Both the position numbers and the translations under genes were made by a program. From an uncultured Ignavibacteriales bacterium (GTDB lineage Bacteria > Zixibacteria > MSB-5A5 > GN15 > JAAZOE01): DNA of 64,000 bases. A model generated the notes under the pieces. It was not told the origin of the DNA and made no database searches. It saw only the letters and a program-made list of their open reading frames with translations. Below are positions 20,999 to 30,672 of the stretch, piece after piece; the stretch's first letter is position 1, and each line of letters begins with the position of its first letter. Location of the stretch: assembly GCA_964611355.1 (NCBI GenBank), contig CAZSYD010000007.1, positions 1 to 64,000 on the forward strand. Reading direction: 5' to 3'.

Positions 20999-23138
20999 GA
21001 GAATTTTCCTTCATAGATCCATTAATATATTCGTCAAAAGTATGATAACCTAAATCAAGCCGTGTCGCCATATCCATTTCCTGCTCTCCCAGCCGGTGCA
21101 GGGAATCATCGCCAATGTCTTTAGCCCTGGCAATATATGCCTGCCCCAATAAATAGTGAAGATTAAAATCGGTAGGGGAAAATTCGACCGCCCGTTCGAA
21201 AAACTTAATGGCCCTATCGTAGTCACCTCTCAGTTGGGCATAGTAGCCGGTTAGAATATTTCCGCTGGCGTTATCCGGGTTCATTCGCTGAAAACGATTC
21301 AGGTAGAAATCCGCGGAATCGGGCATACTCAACCTGTAAAACAGGACCGCTTTCTCATAGTTGGAGGGAAAATAGTTTGCCGCCTTTGGATTGCCGGAAA
21401 AATAAGCGATCCGATAAACCGTCAACTTGCGGCAATTGACATAATAATGGGTTATGGCTTTTGCGCGTTCCATTATTTCAGGATAGAACTCGCGAGCCGC
21501 CTCCTCATTACTGCGCTCCACGACAAGATGAGTGACCGGATATTTCCTGAACAGCTCCGGGTCGGGGCGGCTGGTTCCGAAAATATGGATAACGCATCCC
21601 AGGTTGTTCTCCTGGGCCAGCGCCGGACCATAAGGGCCCGATATGACCGCCCCCGGCGAGAGTATTGTACCGAGATCGCGCGATGCCTGACGGGTAGTGT
21701 AAAGTACGGTATCTGTCCCGGCCAGGTAGTTTTTCCCCTGATAGAATAAAAAGACGAATAACATCAGCAGTATTCCACTATATCGTAAAGTAGCCGGTAG
21801 ATCTATTTCATATACCCTTTTTATTCGGGCCAAGACGAAATAAGCGACCGACACCGGTACAATAAAGGCAAGGATATACGGTATATGCTCGCGAAAATAG
21901 AACTCAAATCCCATTTTTAAAATAAGATTTGCAACCAACTGATAAGTAACCAGAAGCAGTGACACAAAGAGTATGATATTGAACAAGATCGAACGATTGA
22001 GCGCATTAAACTTTGATCCAAGATTGTGGAGATAAGCTATGAGCGAAGCGGCCAGCATTCCAAAAGGAAAAATCATGGCCGTCTGATACCTGGCCGGTTG
22101 ATAATTCCAGGGCATTTGGAAAAGGTAGGTACTCACCAGCCAGGCGGCAACCGCGATAAATATGGTGTTCCTGAAGCGAGGGGTTTTAGTATCCCGATTT
22201 CGTGTAAACAACCGCCCGGAAAGAATAACTATCAGAATCAGGGAACCGATGCTCAAAGCCGGCATGCGATCGAAAAATTCGGACTTCTTTCCAAAAGCCA
22301 AAAACTTCCATACGAATTTCCCAAAAGACTGAAACCCTTCCGGCATACCATAAAGACCCAATGCCTGTTCGTCGACGTATCCGGTCACCTGCTCATGATG
22401 CGGCGTAAATATAACCATAAACCACGTGATAAAAACGCCCAGGAAACCAAGCGCCATGGCAGTCATATGCCCGACGGCTTTCCTGTCTTTCAGATAGAAC
22501 AAGCGGTAGGAGTAATAAACAAGTGGGACCCCCATAAACGCCACGCCGATGATTTTGCCAAAGACCACCGCTCCCGCAAAAAATACCCCGAACAGGAAAT
22601 GACCCAGTGTCCGTTTTTCCATGTAGGTCAGAAAAAACAGGCCCATAATAAACAGACAATTCATGCCGTTTTCCAGGAAAGGCCGCCGACCGAAGAATAT
22701 GCCGAGATAATTGGCGCCGATAAAAAGAAGCGCCAGAAGCGCCACCCCGTTGCCCAGAGACTTGCGCACGATGAAATAGAATAAAAGAATCGACAAAAGC
22801 GATAATATCACGGCGGCCAGATTGGTCTGATAAACGCCGAAACCAAACAGCTTGTAAACCAGCCATCCGGTCCCCGACACCAGCGAATAGAGATACGTTA
22901 TATGGCGGTAATCCTGCTGCGGGTTCCAGTCACCGGTCAATACGGCGTCGCGCGCGAACAGAGTATACTGCGGCGGATCGGTTTCAATTCCCAGCGAAAA
23001 CGATATTCGATGGGGAGAATCAGCCCCAAGATGATTAAAGCGCAAAAATACCGCCAGCCCGAACAGAATCACAAACAGCATCAATTCCCGGCGAACAGGT
23101 ACGCAAAGCGCAAACTTGTCAAACGTCTTATTCATCAA
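20973..23138 (-). CDS. ArnT/PMT-like GT-C glycosyltransferase with C-terminal TPR repeats
   Basis: First TM ending LAVFLRF followed by an acidic loop ETDPPQY, about 13 TMs, a soluble domain, then TPR-like GDYDRAIKFFERAVEFSP...LHYLLGQAY. Confidence 0.72.
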   Translation of the reverse strand: MMNKTFDKFALCVPVRRELMLFVILFGLAVFLRFNHLGADSPHRISFSLGIETDPPQYTLFARDAVLTGDWNPQQDYRHITYLYSLVSGTGWLVYKLFGFGVYQTNLAAVILSLLSILLFYFIVRKSLGNGVALLALLFIGANYLGIFFGRRPFLENGMNCLFIMGLFFLTYMEKRTLGHFLFGVFFAGAVVFGKIIGVAFMGVPLVYYSYRLFYLKDRKAVGHMTAMALGFLGVFITWFMVIFTPHHEQVTGYVDEQALGLYGMPEGFQSFGKFVWKFLAFGKKSEFFDRMPALSIGSLILIVILSGRLFTRNRDTKTPRFRNTIFIAVAAWLVSTYLFQMPWNYQPARYQTAMIFPFGMLAASLIAYLHNLGSKFNALNRSILFNIILFVSLLLVTYQLVANLILKMGFEFYFREHIPYILAFIVPVSVAYFVLARIKRVYEIDLPATLRYSGILLMLFVFLFYQGKNYLAGTDTVLYTTRQASRDLGTILSPGAVISGPYGPALAQENNLGCVIHIFGTSRPDPELFRKYPVTHLVVERSNEEAAREFYPEIMERAKAITHYYVNCRKLTVYRIAYFSGNPKAANYFPSNYEKAVLFYRLSMPDSADFYLNRFQRMNPDNASGNILTGYYAQLRGDYDRAIKFFERAVEFSPTDFNLHYLLGQAYIARAKDIGDDSLHRLGEQEMDMATRLDLGYHTFDEYINGSMKENSLGKNDFQN

Positions 23139-23192
23139 TAAATGCAGACTGCATATAATAAGACACTAATTTAGATCGAATGACTTTACCGG

Positions 23193-24218
23193 TCAAGGGC
23201 AATGTACTGAAGCCGCCTCGCGGGCAGAAATAAACTTTACCCGGGCATCGGCCTTAAGGGCGACATCGACAATATCCTGCAAATTGGTTTTGAGATATTC
23301 CGCCGAGTATAACCATGATCCGTTTTGAGCCGTTTCATCAGCGTGAAAATAGCTGTTGAAAATAAACACTTCCGATTGACTTTCCCTAAGGTCTCTGCGG
23401 AACTGGTTTAATATCGGCTTGAAATACCTTTTTCCCGCGGTGATGTTTATGACATATCTCGGACGAAGCAAGGCCTGGAGAAACGGCCTGAAAGCTTTCA
23501 TCTTTTTGGCAAGCACCAAGCCGGCCACCATTCCCCACCAGAATGAACGCGATACCAGATTCGGTACTTCCAGGATTTTCAAAGCATCATTTTCGTTACC
23601 CTCAGCCTGATAATTATGCCCGGACGGATAATATGGCCGCCGCGTCGTATTGTACCAGTTGTATATATTTTCCTGTTTGGCGAAGGTTCGGCCAAGTTTC
23701 ATTCCGGGCACGGCGGAAAAATCGACTCTTACGCCCAATTCCGCCAGGGCGTTCATGGTATCGGTGTTATGGTAATTCCAACCCATCCGTACCGACTGCG
23801 GCGAGCCGGGAAAAACTTCACGGTAGGCGGCATATGCCTGATGCAGCATTTCCACCTGCCACCGACGGTCGTCGATCTCCTGGTACCATCTCCCCTTTTC
23901 CCGATCGAAACGCCAGAAATGCGGATGCCAGCCCAGTTCATCCCCCGAATCGGCCAGTTCCTGCAGGAACTGTCGATGTTCTTTTAACACCCAGGCATAA
24001 TCATTGTAATAATGCCGAATCTGATTATCGACTCTCAAGCACCACGTAAAAACCGGCCCATTCCCTTCGGAATCCTTAATCTCGGCCGTACATTCCCTGG
24101 CCCGCGATATACCCTCGCGCATACCGACCCAGCTCAATTCCTTATCTCCAACGCCGGGAATAAACGACCGACGGTCGTGATCGGTATCGCATCCGATTAT
24201 GATATAAACCCGCTTCAT
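23193..24218 (-). CDS. Polysaccharide deacetylase-like protein (NodB/WalW-like fold)
   Basis: GCDTD, ELGWHPH, SVRMGW, VDFS, LEVP and YFH motifs typical of CE4-like barrels. Confidence 0.65.
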   Translation of the reverse strand: MKRVYIIIGCDTDHDRRSFIPGVGDKELSWVGMREGISRARECTAEIKDSEGNGPVFTWCLRVDNQIRHYYNDYAWVLKEHRQFLQELADSGDELGWHPHFWRFDREKGRWYQEIDDRRWQVEMLHQAYAAYREVFPGSPQSVRMGWNYHNTDTMNALAELGVRVDFSAVPGMKLGRTFAKQENIYNWYNTTRRPYYPSGHNYQAEGNENDALKILEVPNLVSRSFWWGMVAGLVLAKKMKAFRPFLQALLRPRYVINITAGKRYFKPILNQFRRDLRESQSEVFIFNSYFHADETAQNGSWLYSAEYLKTNLQDIVDVALKADARVKFISAREAASVHCP

Positions 24219-24239
24219 GGTACATTCCGCCTGATGGGA

Positions 24240-25334
24240 TCACCAGTAATTATCCATATCGGCATCGCCAAGGGTCAGATGCCAGATATGTTCGTATTTC
24301 GGCCTGAGTTCCTGAACATTAAAATCGGTCTCCTTGACAAGCATAATCTGCACTCGACTCAAAACCATACCGTTATGTCGGAAAGCCCGTTTAATCTCGG
24401 GCGAAGACGCCACGCCGACGATACTATCGACATCGTCTTCCAGGAGCCGGTCAACGGCAGTTTTAATCATATAAGACGCCAGAGGTTCGCCCAAGTTGGG
24501 ATCATGAACAAAATCCACGATTCGGCCAAGCCTGATGTTTTTTACATCACTTACCGACGTTCGAAAGACAATATAACCAACCGGCCGATTATCGTTTTCA
24601 AATATGAGGACTTTATGTTTGACATCCGTGCGACGGCGATATTTGTAATTCAGAAAGTCGGCCTGCCTGATATAATGGACAGCATAATCTTTGAGATATT
24701 CTTTCCAGCAGGCATCCCATTCCGGCTGGAAGCGGTCAACCTTCCTGAAAGATATTCCCTCCGGCCGGCTCGAAGTGGAAACCGCACGATATAGCTTCAG
24801 AATAGCTTCAAGAACTTTAAGGGCAGGCGCCAGAAACCAAGCCATCCAAGTCGGCTTTTTAAGAAATTTCAAAGCCGGGACAGGATGCAGGATAATTGTA
24901 TGAAGTCTGGCGTGGCGGAGAGCCACCCAGCCCCTTTTTTGAAAAGCGCTGAGGGAGGCCGGCGTGGGGCCGTAGGCAAAAGGGACACCGTCCAGATTTT
25001 CGTTGTTTTCGATCAACGCGTGGCCGATACCGCGTCCTTCCATCCCGGGTTTGACAATCAGGTTAGTACTGCAATATCCCTTGTATTGCCTGTGGTCAAT
25101 GCTAAGAGGATAAAGGAAGATGGAATTATGACCGACTATTTCACCGTCGGGAGATTCCAGATACCAGATCAGCGGCCGTTCGTTTATGTCTTCGAGCGGG
25201 TTTCCAAACGATTGCCAGTTGAATCGGTCTTCGGCAACCGCCTCCGGCACGGTCGGATAAACGTCCCGGTAAAATGCAAAAAGCTTTTGGCGCGCTTCCG
25301 GGGAATCCTGATATTTTTTAAGAATCGGCGTCAA
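24240..25334 (-). CDS. Tandem-GNAT N-acyltransferase
   Basis: LIVKPGMEGRGIG acetyl-CoA motif and a second GNAT-like half (FLNYKY, PVGYIVF, RIVDF). Start probably TTG 25334, just after the upstream small ORF. Confidence 0.72.
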   Translation of the reverse strand: MTPILKKYQDSPEARQKLFAFYRDVYPTVPEAVAEDRFNWQSFGNPLEDINERPLIWYLESPDGEIVGHNSIFLYPLSIDHRQYKGYCSTNLIVKPGMEGRGIGHALIENNENLDGVPFAYGPTPASLSAFQKRGWVALRHARLHTIILHPVPALKFLKKPTWMAWFLAPALKVLEAILKLYRAVSTSSRPEGISFRKVDRFQPEWDACWKEYLKDYAVHYIRQADFLNYKYRRRTDVKHKVLIFENDNRPVGYIVFRTSVSDVKNIRLGRIVDFVHDPNLGEPLASYMIKTAVDRLLEDDVDSIVGVASSPEIKRAFRHNGMVLSRVQIMLVKETDFNVQELRPKYEHIWHLTLGDADMDNYW

Positions 25335-25336
25335 GA

Positions 25337-25510
25337 TCAGACGTCTCGGGATTTTTGCAGAATTGTTACCACGACGCTCATAACGACCAATGAAATCATG
25401 CCCCAAAGCAGCAGGCGCGGATCACTGGAAAACAGCAGGCCGGATATACATAAAACAACACTCAGGAGAAGCAATATTAAGGCAATAATTCTAATGATTG
25501 TATTGTTCAA
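25337..25510 (-). CDS. Small two-TM membrane protein (~57 aa)
   Basis: GAAGG RBS, then TTG-NNTIIRIIALILLLL...; two hydrophobic segments; stop abuts the GNAT start. Confidence 0.5.
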   Translation of the reverse strand: MNNTIIRIIALILLLLSVVLCISGLLFSSDPRLLLWGMISLVVMSVVVTILQKSRDV

Positions 25511-25631
25511 CCTGACGTTTCCTTCAAAGAAAATACTTCCTTTTATCAAAGAAGAACCGCCCGGGAAGATAAAAACGCCGAATGAACATGGCAAGCTGTT
25601 TTTTTATCTTCAGGGCGCCGGCAGGAACACG

Positions 25632-25664
25632 AAAAAAGGTCAGGCCGTTTTGGACGGCCTGACC
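25632..25664 (-). terminator. Intrinsic terminator of the large secreted protein gene
   Basis: Perfect 11 bp stem GGTCAGGCCGT/ACGGCCTGACC followed by T6 on the minus strand. Confidence 0.85.
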
Positions 25665-25727
25665 CTGATATTTATTTCCTTCCCCGAAGGCGCGGGAAAA
25701 ACATCCCCGCAGAGAGGAAGAAGGATT

Positions 25728-28700
25728 TTATTTTACCAGCATCATTTTCTTCGTTTCAATAAAGTTACCGGCCCTGAGGCGGTAAAAATATATGCCGCTG
25801 GTTACCGGCTGACCATTATTGTCGGCGCCGTCCCAGCCAACGTGGTGAATGCCAGCCGTTAAATCGGCATTAATCAACGTAGCCACTTTCTGACCCGTGA
25901 TGTTGAATACATCCAGAATAACACCGGACGCTTCCGGCAGGTTGAAGCTGATTTGCGTAAATGGGTTAAACGGGTTGGGCTGATTCTGATCCAGCCTGTA
26001 AGCGTCGGGCAGGGCTTCTTTTGTTTCGATCATCACTCTGGCGCTGACACCCTGTTCATCAGCCGCTACGGCGGAAACCGGTCGGGCATGCCCGGAAATC
26101 TCAAGCGCTGCGACCTTTCCGGCCGGGATATGGTTTTCCCCATTGATATCAAGCAAACCGGCTTTTGCTATGCCGCCCGAATAACTGCTATAAAGCTGAA
26201 CGCCATTTATAAGATTAGTGACGACAGCATCCTCGTTACATTCAAAAACAAACTCGATACCATACAGGTCAATCGCCGATTCGATTTCGATAACCGTTTT
26301 TTCACGGTCAAAGCAAGCGGTCAGGACGGGCAAGGGCATATCGTTTCCACACTTTGCCGGCGCACCTTCGCCGCAATAAACCGGAGCCGGGCCGCCTTTG
26401 AAGAGATAATTAATCAGATAAACGATATCAGCGACGTTTATGACGCAATCGCCGTTGGCGTCGCCGGCTTCACGGCTCGGCGGCGGCGGTCCGTTTTCAA
26501 ATATGTACTTAACAAGATACATCGCATCACCGACGTTGATCTCGCCGTTGCCGTTGGCGTCGCCGGCAAGACAACATCCGTAAAGCCTTATCGGGCTGAT
26601 ATCGACGAATGGAACGTACTCCCGGCTAATCGGATCCTCGCAGCCGACAAACAACAGGGACGCATTGTACTCACCGATGGTAATCGTAGTCGTATCTATT
26701 GTCAGCATGAGAGCTATATCGGGCGGGCCGATAACGACACTCGAAAACGCCAGTATTCCGACAAGCTCGTCGTCGCCGGCCGGAACCGGCGTGCCGGTCG
26801 TTCCCACCATGCCTCCGAACAGTACTCTCTGACTGTCATTATCTATTGTCACCGGAGTGAATTCCCAATCGCCGACAGCGGTTGTATCGAGTATCACACT
26901 ATCGAGATGCAATGCGCCATTCCATCTCAGCGGTAACTGCAAACCACAGACATCATCAGCGGCGTTTATATATACCGGCACATTAAGTCTGCCGTCAGGC
27001 CCGATACAGGTCTGAGGATCATAAATAACCAGGCTGCCGTCTTCACCGTCACCGCAGCCGACGCCGAAAGCCCCGATTAATTCTCCGCAGACATTGTTTT
27101 CCGGCAAACATGGAGAATTCGACATCAAGCGATAATCGCGTTCATTGATATCGCAGAAAAGCGGGTTGGCGGAAATATCATTTTCACCCGGAAAAGCTTG
27201 TCCCATGTAGTCATTGCTGCCGTTATTCCAAACATCGTTGCAATCCCAGGTTACTCTTGCGCTGTCTATACCGGTAGCCCCGATTTCCAGTCCACCTTCA
27301 AAGTTATTGGTAATGATGTTATTGCGTATCGTAACACGAGCAAGCGAAACGCCGGACATCCCGCGGGAGTTACGATCGATGGTATTGTTACAAACTTTTA
27401 TTACCTCGGCGCGGAAATACACTACTCCGCGGGCAATCGATCCCGGATCAGGCACGTGATTATCATATACCAGATTCCATTCAACGACCGCGCCTTTACC
27501 TTCAATCAAAGATATTGCCGGACCGTTACCGCCCCGGTTACCATGGAAAATATTGTTTATAAAGCGCGCAGTGCCGTGAGACCTGCAGCCAAGCCTGATA
27601 AAGATACCGGCGCCGGATATGAGAGTATAGTTGTTGCGAATGACACAATCGTATACCCGGGGGATACAACGCTGAAAGAACATCCCGCCGCCGTCATAGT
27701 AACCCCGGCAGTTTTCAACTATGCAGTGGCTGATTTCCGGGTGGGAACCAACGCAGTGGATGCCCTGAACCATATCACAACCGTTAATCGTAAAACCGAT
27801 TATCCGAGTCGTACCGTCGCTTCCCGGATCAAGTACGATTACGGGATCATACGGGACTGAAACGGCTTGTTGTCTGTACTTATCCCATTCATACGGTGAA
27901 ATCAAGCTGTCCAGACCAATCGGAAACCCCAGCCCCGTCTTGGCGTTCGGACATGTTTTTATAATGGTTGATTGCGCACCTTCTTCGGACAGCAGGACGA
28001 TACTTTTGCCCATAAAGTTAAGGTTTTCGGTATATATCCCCGGGGCAACCAGCACGGTATCGCCGTATATAGCGGCGCTGATGGCCGCCTGAATGGTGCT
28101 ATATTCGGAAGGGACACGAAGCGTCACCGGCGTATGCGGCATCCGGTACGGTCGCGCCCCGATATCGTTGCGGCCGCCGTCGGGGTCGTTATAGACCGAA
28201 TCGGGGTCGCCGGCATCGACACACGGCGACATCTTAGTCAAATAATACTGACCCGCCCGACTTGTATCGAATATCGGATTAACCGATATATCGGTCTCGG
28301 CCGGGAAAGCCCAGCCCAGGTAATTACTGTCGCCGTTGTCAACGACATCGTTGTACCCCCAGGTCACATTGGAGCTTTGACCGACAAGGTCCTTAAATTC
28401 CAGGCCGCCTTCATCATTATTGTCAATTATATTGTTTCGGACATCGACATCGGTTATGGAGATGCCGATCATGCCGCGCGAGTTTTGAGCCACAGTATTA
28501 TTGATTACCCTGATGTCGGAACCGCGGAAATAAACCACGCCGCGTACGTACGAACCCGGATCAGGCACGCTGTTGTAGTGCACGATATTTCGAGTAATCA
28601 ATCCTCCGTCGCCTTCAATCAGCGATATGGCGGGCCCGTTGCCGCCCCGGTTACCATAGAATTCATTACCGATGAAGCGGGCGGTGCCAAAGCCGACTCC

Positions 28701-29306
28701 CAGCCGGATAAAAATACCGGCTCCGGTTATCGGAGTATAGTTGTCGCGGATAATACAGTCCTGAACAAGCGGCGCACAATGCTGGAAGAACATGCCGCCT
28801 CCGTCCCAGAAACCGCGGCCGTTTTGTACAATGCAATCGGTTATCGCCGGAGACGACTCGACGCAGCAAATCCCTTGAACGGCATCCTTTCCGTCAATCG
28901 TAAAACCGGAAATGATCGTAGTTGAATCGCTGCCCGGCTCAAGTATTACAACCGGAAAGGCCTGCGCCGCCGCGGCTGCTCTGAATTCTGCCGCCTCAGA
29001 TGGCATTGCCAGACTATCCAAATAATCAGGAAACTCAAACTTTTCACATCTCTTGCCCGGAAAACGAATAAAGGTCTGTGACGGGCCGGCTTCGGATACC
29101 AGGACAATGCTTTTGCCGCGGAAATTGAGCCATTCATCGTATTCCCCCGGAGCCACCAGGACCGTATCGCCGCGGGCGGCCGCATTAATTCCTTCCTGTA
29201 TGGTCGGCTGATCGGCGGGGACACGGATAGTCACCGCGAACGAGGACACGGCGAAGCAGATTGTCGCACACAGCGTTTCCAATAGAAAGTATCTTTGGTT
29301 TTTCAT
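25728..29306 (-). CDS. Large secreted protein: two right-handed beta-helix modules, cohesin-like domain, dockerin, FlgD-Ig/T9SS-like C-terminal domain
   Basis: Signal peptide; repeats of TIQxxIxAA..GDTVLVAPG; paired GDANG.G.IN..D..YL..Y.F dockerin loops; C-terminal QNQPNPFNP...SGIYFYRL...KKMMLVK. Confidence 0.85.
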   Translation of the reverse strand: MKNQRYFLLETLCATICFAVSSFAVTIRVPADQPTIQEGINAAARGDTVLVAPGEYDEWLNFRGKSIVLVSEAGPSQTFIRFPGKRCEKFEFPDYLDSLAMPSEAAEFRAAAAAQAFPVVILEPGSDSTTIISGFTIDGKDAVQGICCVESSPAITDCIVQNGRGFWDGGGMFFQHCAPLVQDCIIRDNYTPITGAGIFIRLGVGFGTARFIGNEFYGNRGGNGPAISLIEGDGGLITRNIVHYNSVPDPGSYVRGVVYFRGSDIRVINNTVAQNSRGMIGISITDVDVRNNIIDNNDEGGLEFKDLVGQSSNVTWGYNDVVDNGDSNYLGWAFPAETDISVNPIFDTSRAGQYYLTKMSPCVDAGDPDSVYNDPDGGRNDIGARPYRMPHTPVTLRVPSEYSTIQAAISAAIYGDTVLVAPGIYTENLNFMGKSIVLLSEEGAQSTIIKTCPNAKTGLGFPIGLDSLISPYEWDKYRQQAVSVPYDPVIVLDPGSDGTTRIIGFTINGCDMVQGIHCVGSHPEISHCIVENCRGYYDGGGMFFQRCIPRVYDCVIRNNYTLISGAGIFIRLGCRSHGTARFINNIFHGNRGGNGPAISLIEGKGAVVEWNLVYDNHVPDPGSIARGVVYFRAEVIKVCNNTIDRNSRGMSGVSLARVTIRNNIITNNFEGGLEIGATGIDSARVTWDCNDVWNNGSNDYMGQAFPGENDISANPLFCDINERDYRLMSNSPCLPENNVCGELIGAFGVGCGDGEDGSLVIYDPQTCIGPDGRLNVPVYINAADDVCGLQLPLRWNGALHLDSVILDTTAVGDWEFTPVTIDNDSQRVLFGGMVGTTGTPVPAGDDELVGILAFSSVVIGPPDIALMLTIDTTTITIGEYNASLLFVGCEDPISREYVPFVDISPIRLYGCCLAGDANGNGEINVGDAMYLVKYIFENGPPPPSREAGDANGDCVINVADIVYLINYLFKGGPAPVYCGEGAPAKCGNDMPLPVLTACFDREKTVIEIESAIDLYGIEFVFECNEDAVVTNLINGVQLYSSYSGGIAKAGLLDINGENHIPAGKVAALEISGHARPVSAVAADEQGVSARVMIETKEALPDAYRLDQNQPNPFNPFTQISFNLPEASGVILDVFNITGQKVATLINADLTAGIHHVGWDGADNNGQPVTSGIYFYRLRAGNFIETKKMMLVK
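27055..29234 (-). repeat. Internal tandem duplication of a ~369 aa beta-helix module (29234-28128 and 28127-~27055)
   Basis: Both copies share GDTVLVAPG, GKSIVL, GFTI, DGGGMFFQ, GAGIFIRLG, GNRGGNGPAISLIEG and RGVVYFR. Confidence 0.9.
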
Positions 29307-29430
29307 TTTAATCCTCTTGTCTCTAAACGGCAACCCGTCAGGATTCCCCGATGGTTACGAGGGGTATATCCGCAAATCTTCCGAAATGGTTGTTCTTCCG
29401 CAGTAATTATAGTTTTTCCTACCCTTTTAT

Positions 29431-29458
29431 AATATAGAGCAATCTTCTTACGCGTCAA
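29431..29458 (-). promoter_or_regulatory. sigma70-type promoter of the large secreted protein gene
   Basis: TTGACG-16 bp-TATATT on the minus strand. Confidence 0.5.
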
Positions 29459-29600
29459 GCGTTTTCGCCATTGGCGGGTAGAATACCGATGGCTTTGAAT
29501 ATACAGACGTATTGATTATCGTCTTTGCCATATTGTCCACGGGCACCCCCTGGTTACGAGTAAATCCGGCAGTCTCGACAATTCCTTATAATTCCATTGT

Positions 29601-29627
29601 TAAGTGTACCATATTCCGTTCCGATAA
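29601..29627 (+). promoter_or_regulatory. sigma28(FliA)-like promoter
   Basis: TAAG-N15-TCCGATAA, against the consensus TAAA-N15-GCCGATAA; the same boxes and spacing occur upstream of pilT. Confidence 0.6.
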
Positions 29628-29662
29628 CCAACATATAGATATATATACGTAGGATTTGATCT

Positions 29663-30076
29663 ATGTATAAGATTGAGAAAAAGAAATACGGGTTCAGGCT
29701 TACTTTTGCCGGCAAAATGGACGCCGATGAGATGGAAATGTGGCTTATGGATTTGCGCCGAGTGCTGGCAGACCAAACGGATCCATTTTTGGTATTCGTG
29801 GATATGCGCACCCTGATTCCCATCGACGATGACGCCCGACAGTCCATGCTGAACGGGCAACGGTTTTACAAAGAAAAAGGGATGGAGCGTTCGGTCGCTA
29901 TATTAAACAGCCCGATAATGATCATGCAATTCAAAGGAATTGCTCATGAAACCGGCATATATGAATGGGAACGATATATTGACGCTTCCACCGAGCCTGA
30001 CTGGGAAAAGGTCGGCCTTGACTGGATAATAAACAGTATTGATCCCGATAAGAAAAAAGAGACCGTCTCAGGTTGA
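29663..30076 (+). CDS. Hypothetical protein, possibly STAS/SEC14(SpoIIAA)-like fold
   Basis: AGGA RBS; beta-alpha pattern LTFAGKM...VFVDMRTL...RSVAIL. Confidence 0.65.
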   Translation: MYKIEKKKYGFRLTFAGKMDADEMEMWLMDLRRVLADQTDPFLVFVDMRTLIPIDDDARQSMLNGQRFYKEKGMERSVAILNSPIMIMQFKGIAHETGIYEWERYIDASTEPDWEKVGLDWIINSIDPDKKKETVSG

Positions 30077-30092
30077 GCCTGATGCGCAATAA

Positions 30093-30650
30093 TTATCTCT
30101 TTGAACGTTTATGTCGCGCTTCCCATTTCCTGGTGGCCATATACTGCATAAAATGAAGCACCATAAGGGCGCTAAGTAGAATCAGATTTATCCCTATCAT
30201 TACTTCGCGGGGAAAGGAGAGAATTCCGGATAATATGAATCCCAGTATCCAGATGCCGATGCCGATAAACGCCATAAGATAAACGGAGTCCTCTTTTTTC
30301 ATATACCCGTAGACCGCTCCCATTATCAGGGAAATATAATAAGCCATAAGCATAGGAATTAACAAAACGCCGGGGGCCGATTCGAGCCACCCAACGTGAA
30401 ACAGTTTTCCCATAATTCCAAAGATCAGCATGATCCCCAAAAGCGGTAAAGGCAAATAGGTCATAAAAATCAGGAATCTAAACGGCCTGTTCACGATCAG
30501 GTAAATCGGCACGACCAATATCCAAGCTATGAATGCCCCTGCAGCCCACAGCGCTTTCGTATTAAGATTCAGCCTTTTGGCGTCAGAATATATCAACGGT
30601 GCGGCTATTATTCCTGTAAGACATATAAATACCAGAATTTTGACTTCCAT
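30093..30650 (-). CDS. Hypothetical membrane protein (about 6 TM)
   Basis: Hydrophobic ORF downstream of pyrC; start at MEVKILV (30650). Confidence 0.65.
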   Translation of the reverse strand: MEVKILVFICLTGIIAAPLIYSDAKRLNLNTKALWAAGAFIAWILVVPIYLIVNRPFRFLIFMTYLPLPLLGIMLIFGIMGKLFHVGWLESAPGVLLIPMLMAYYISLIMGAVYGYMKKEDSVYLMAFIGIGIWILGFILSGILSFPREVMIGINLILLSALMVLHFMQYMATRKWEARHKRSKR

Positions 30651-30672
30651 TACACCACCCGTTAGAAACCTG

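Noticed and set aside
29307..29430. Riboswitch (e.g. c-di-GMP) in the leader of the large secreted protein
   Set aside because: No recognisable GEMM or other aptamer core by eye.
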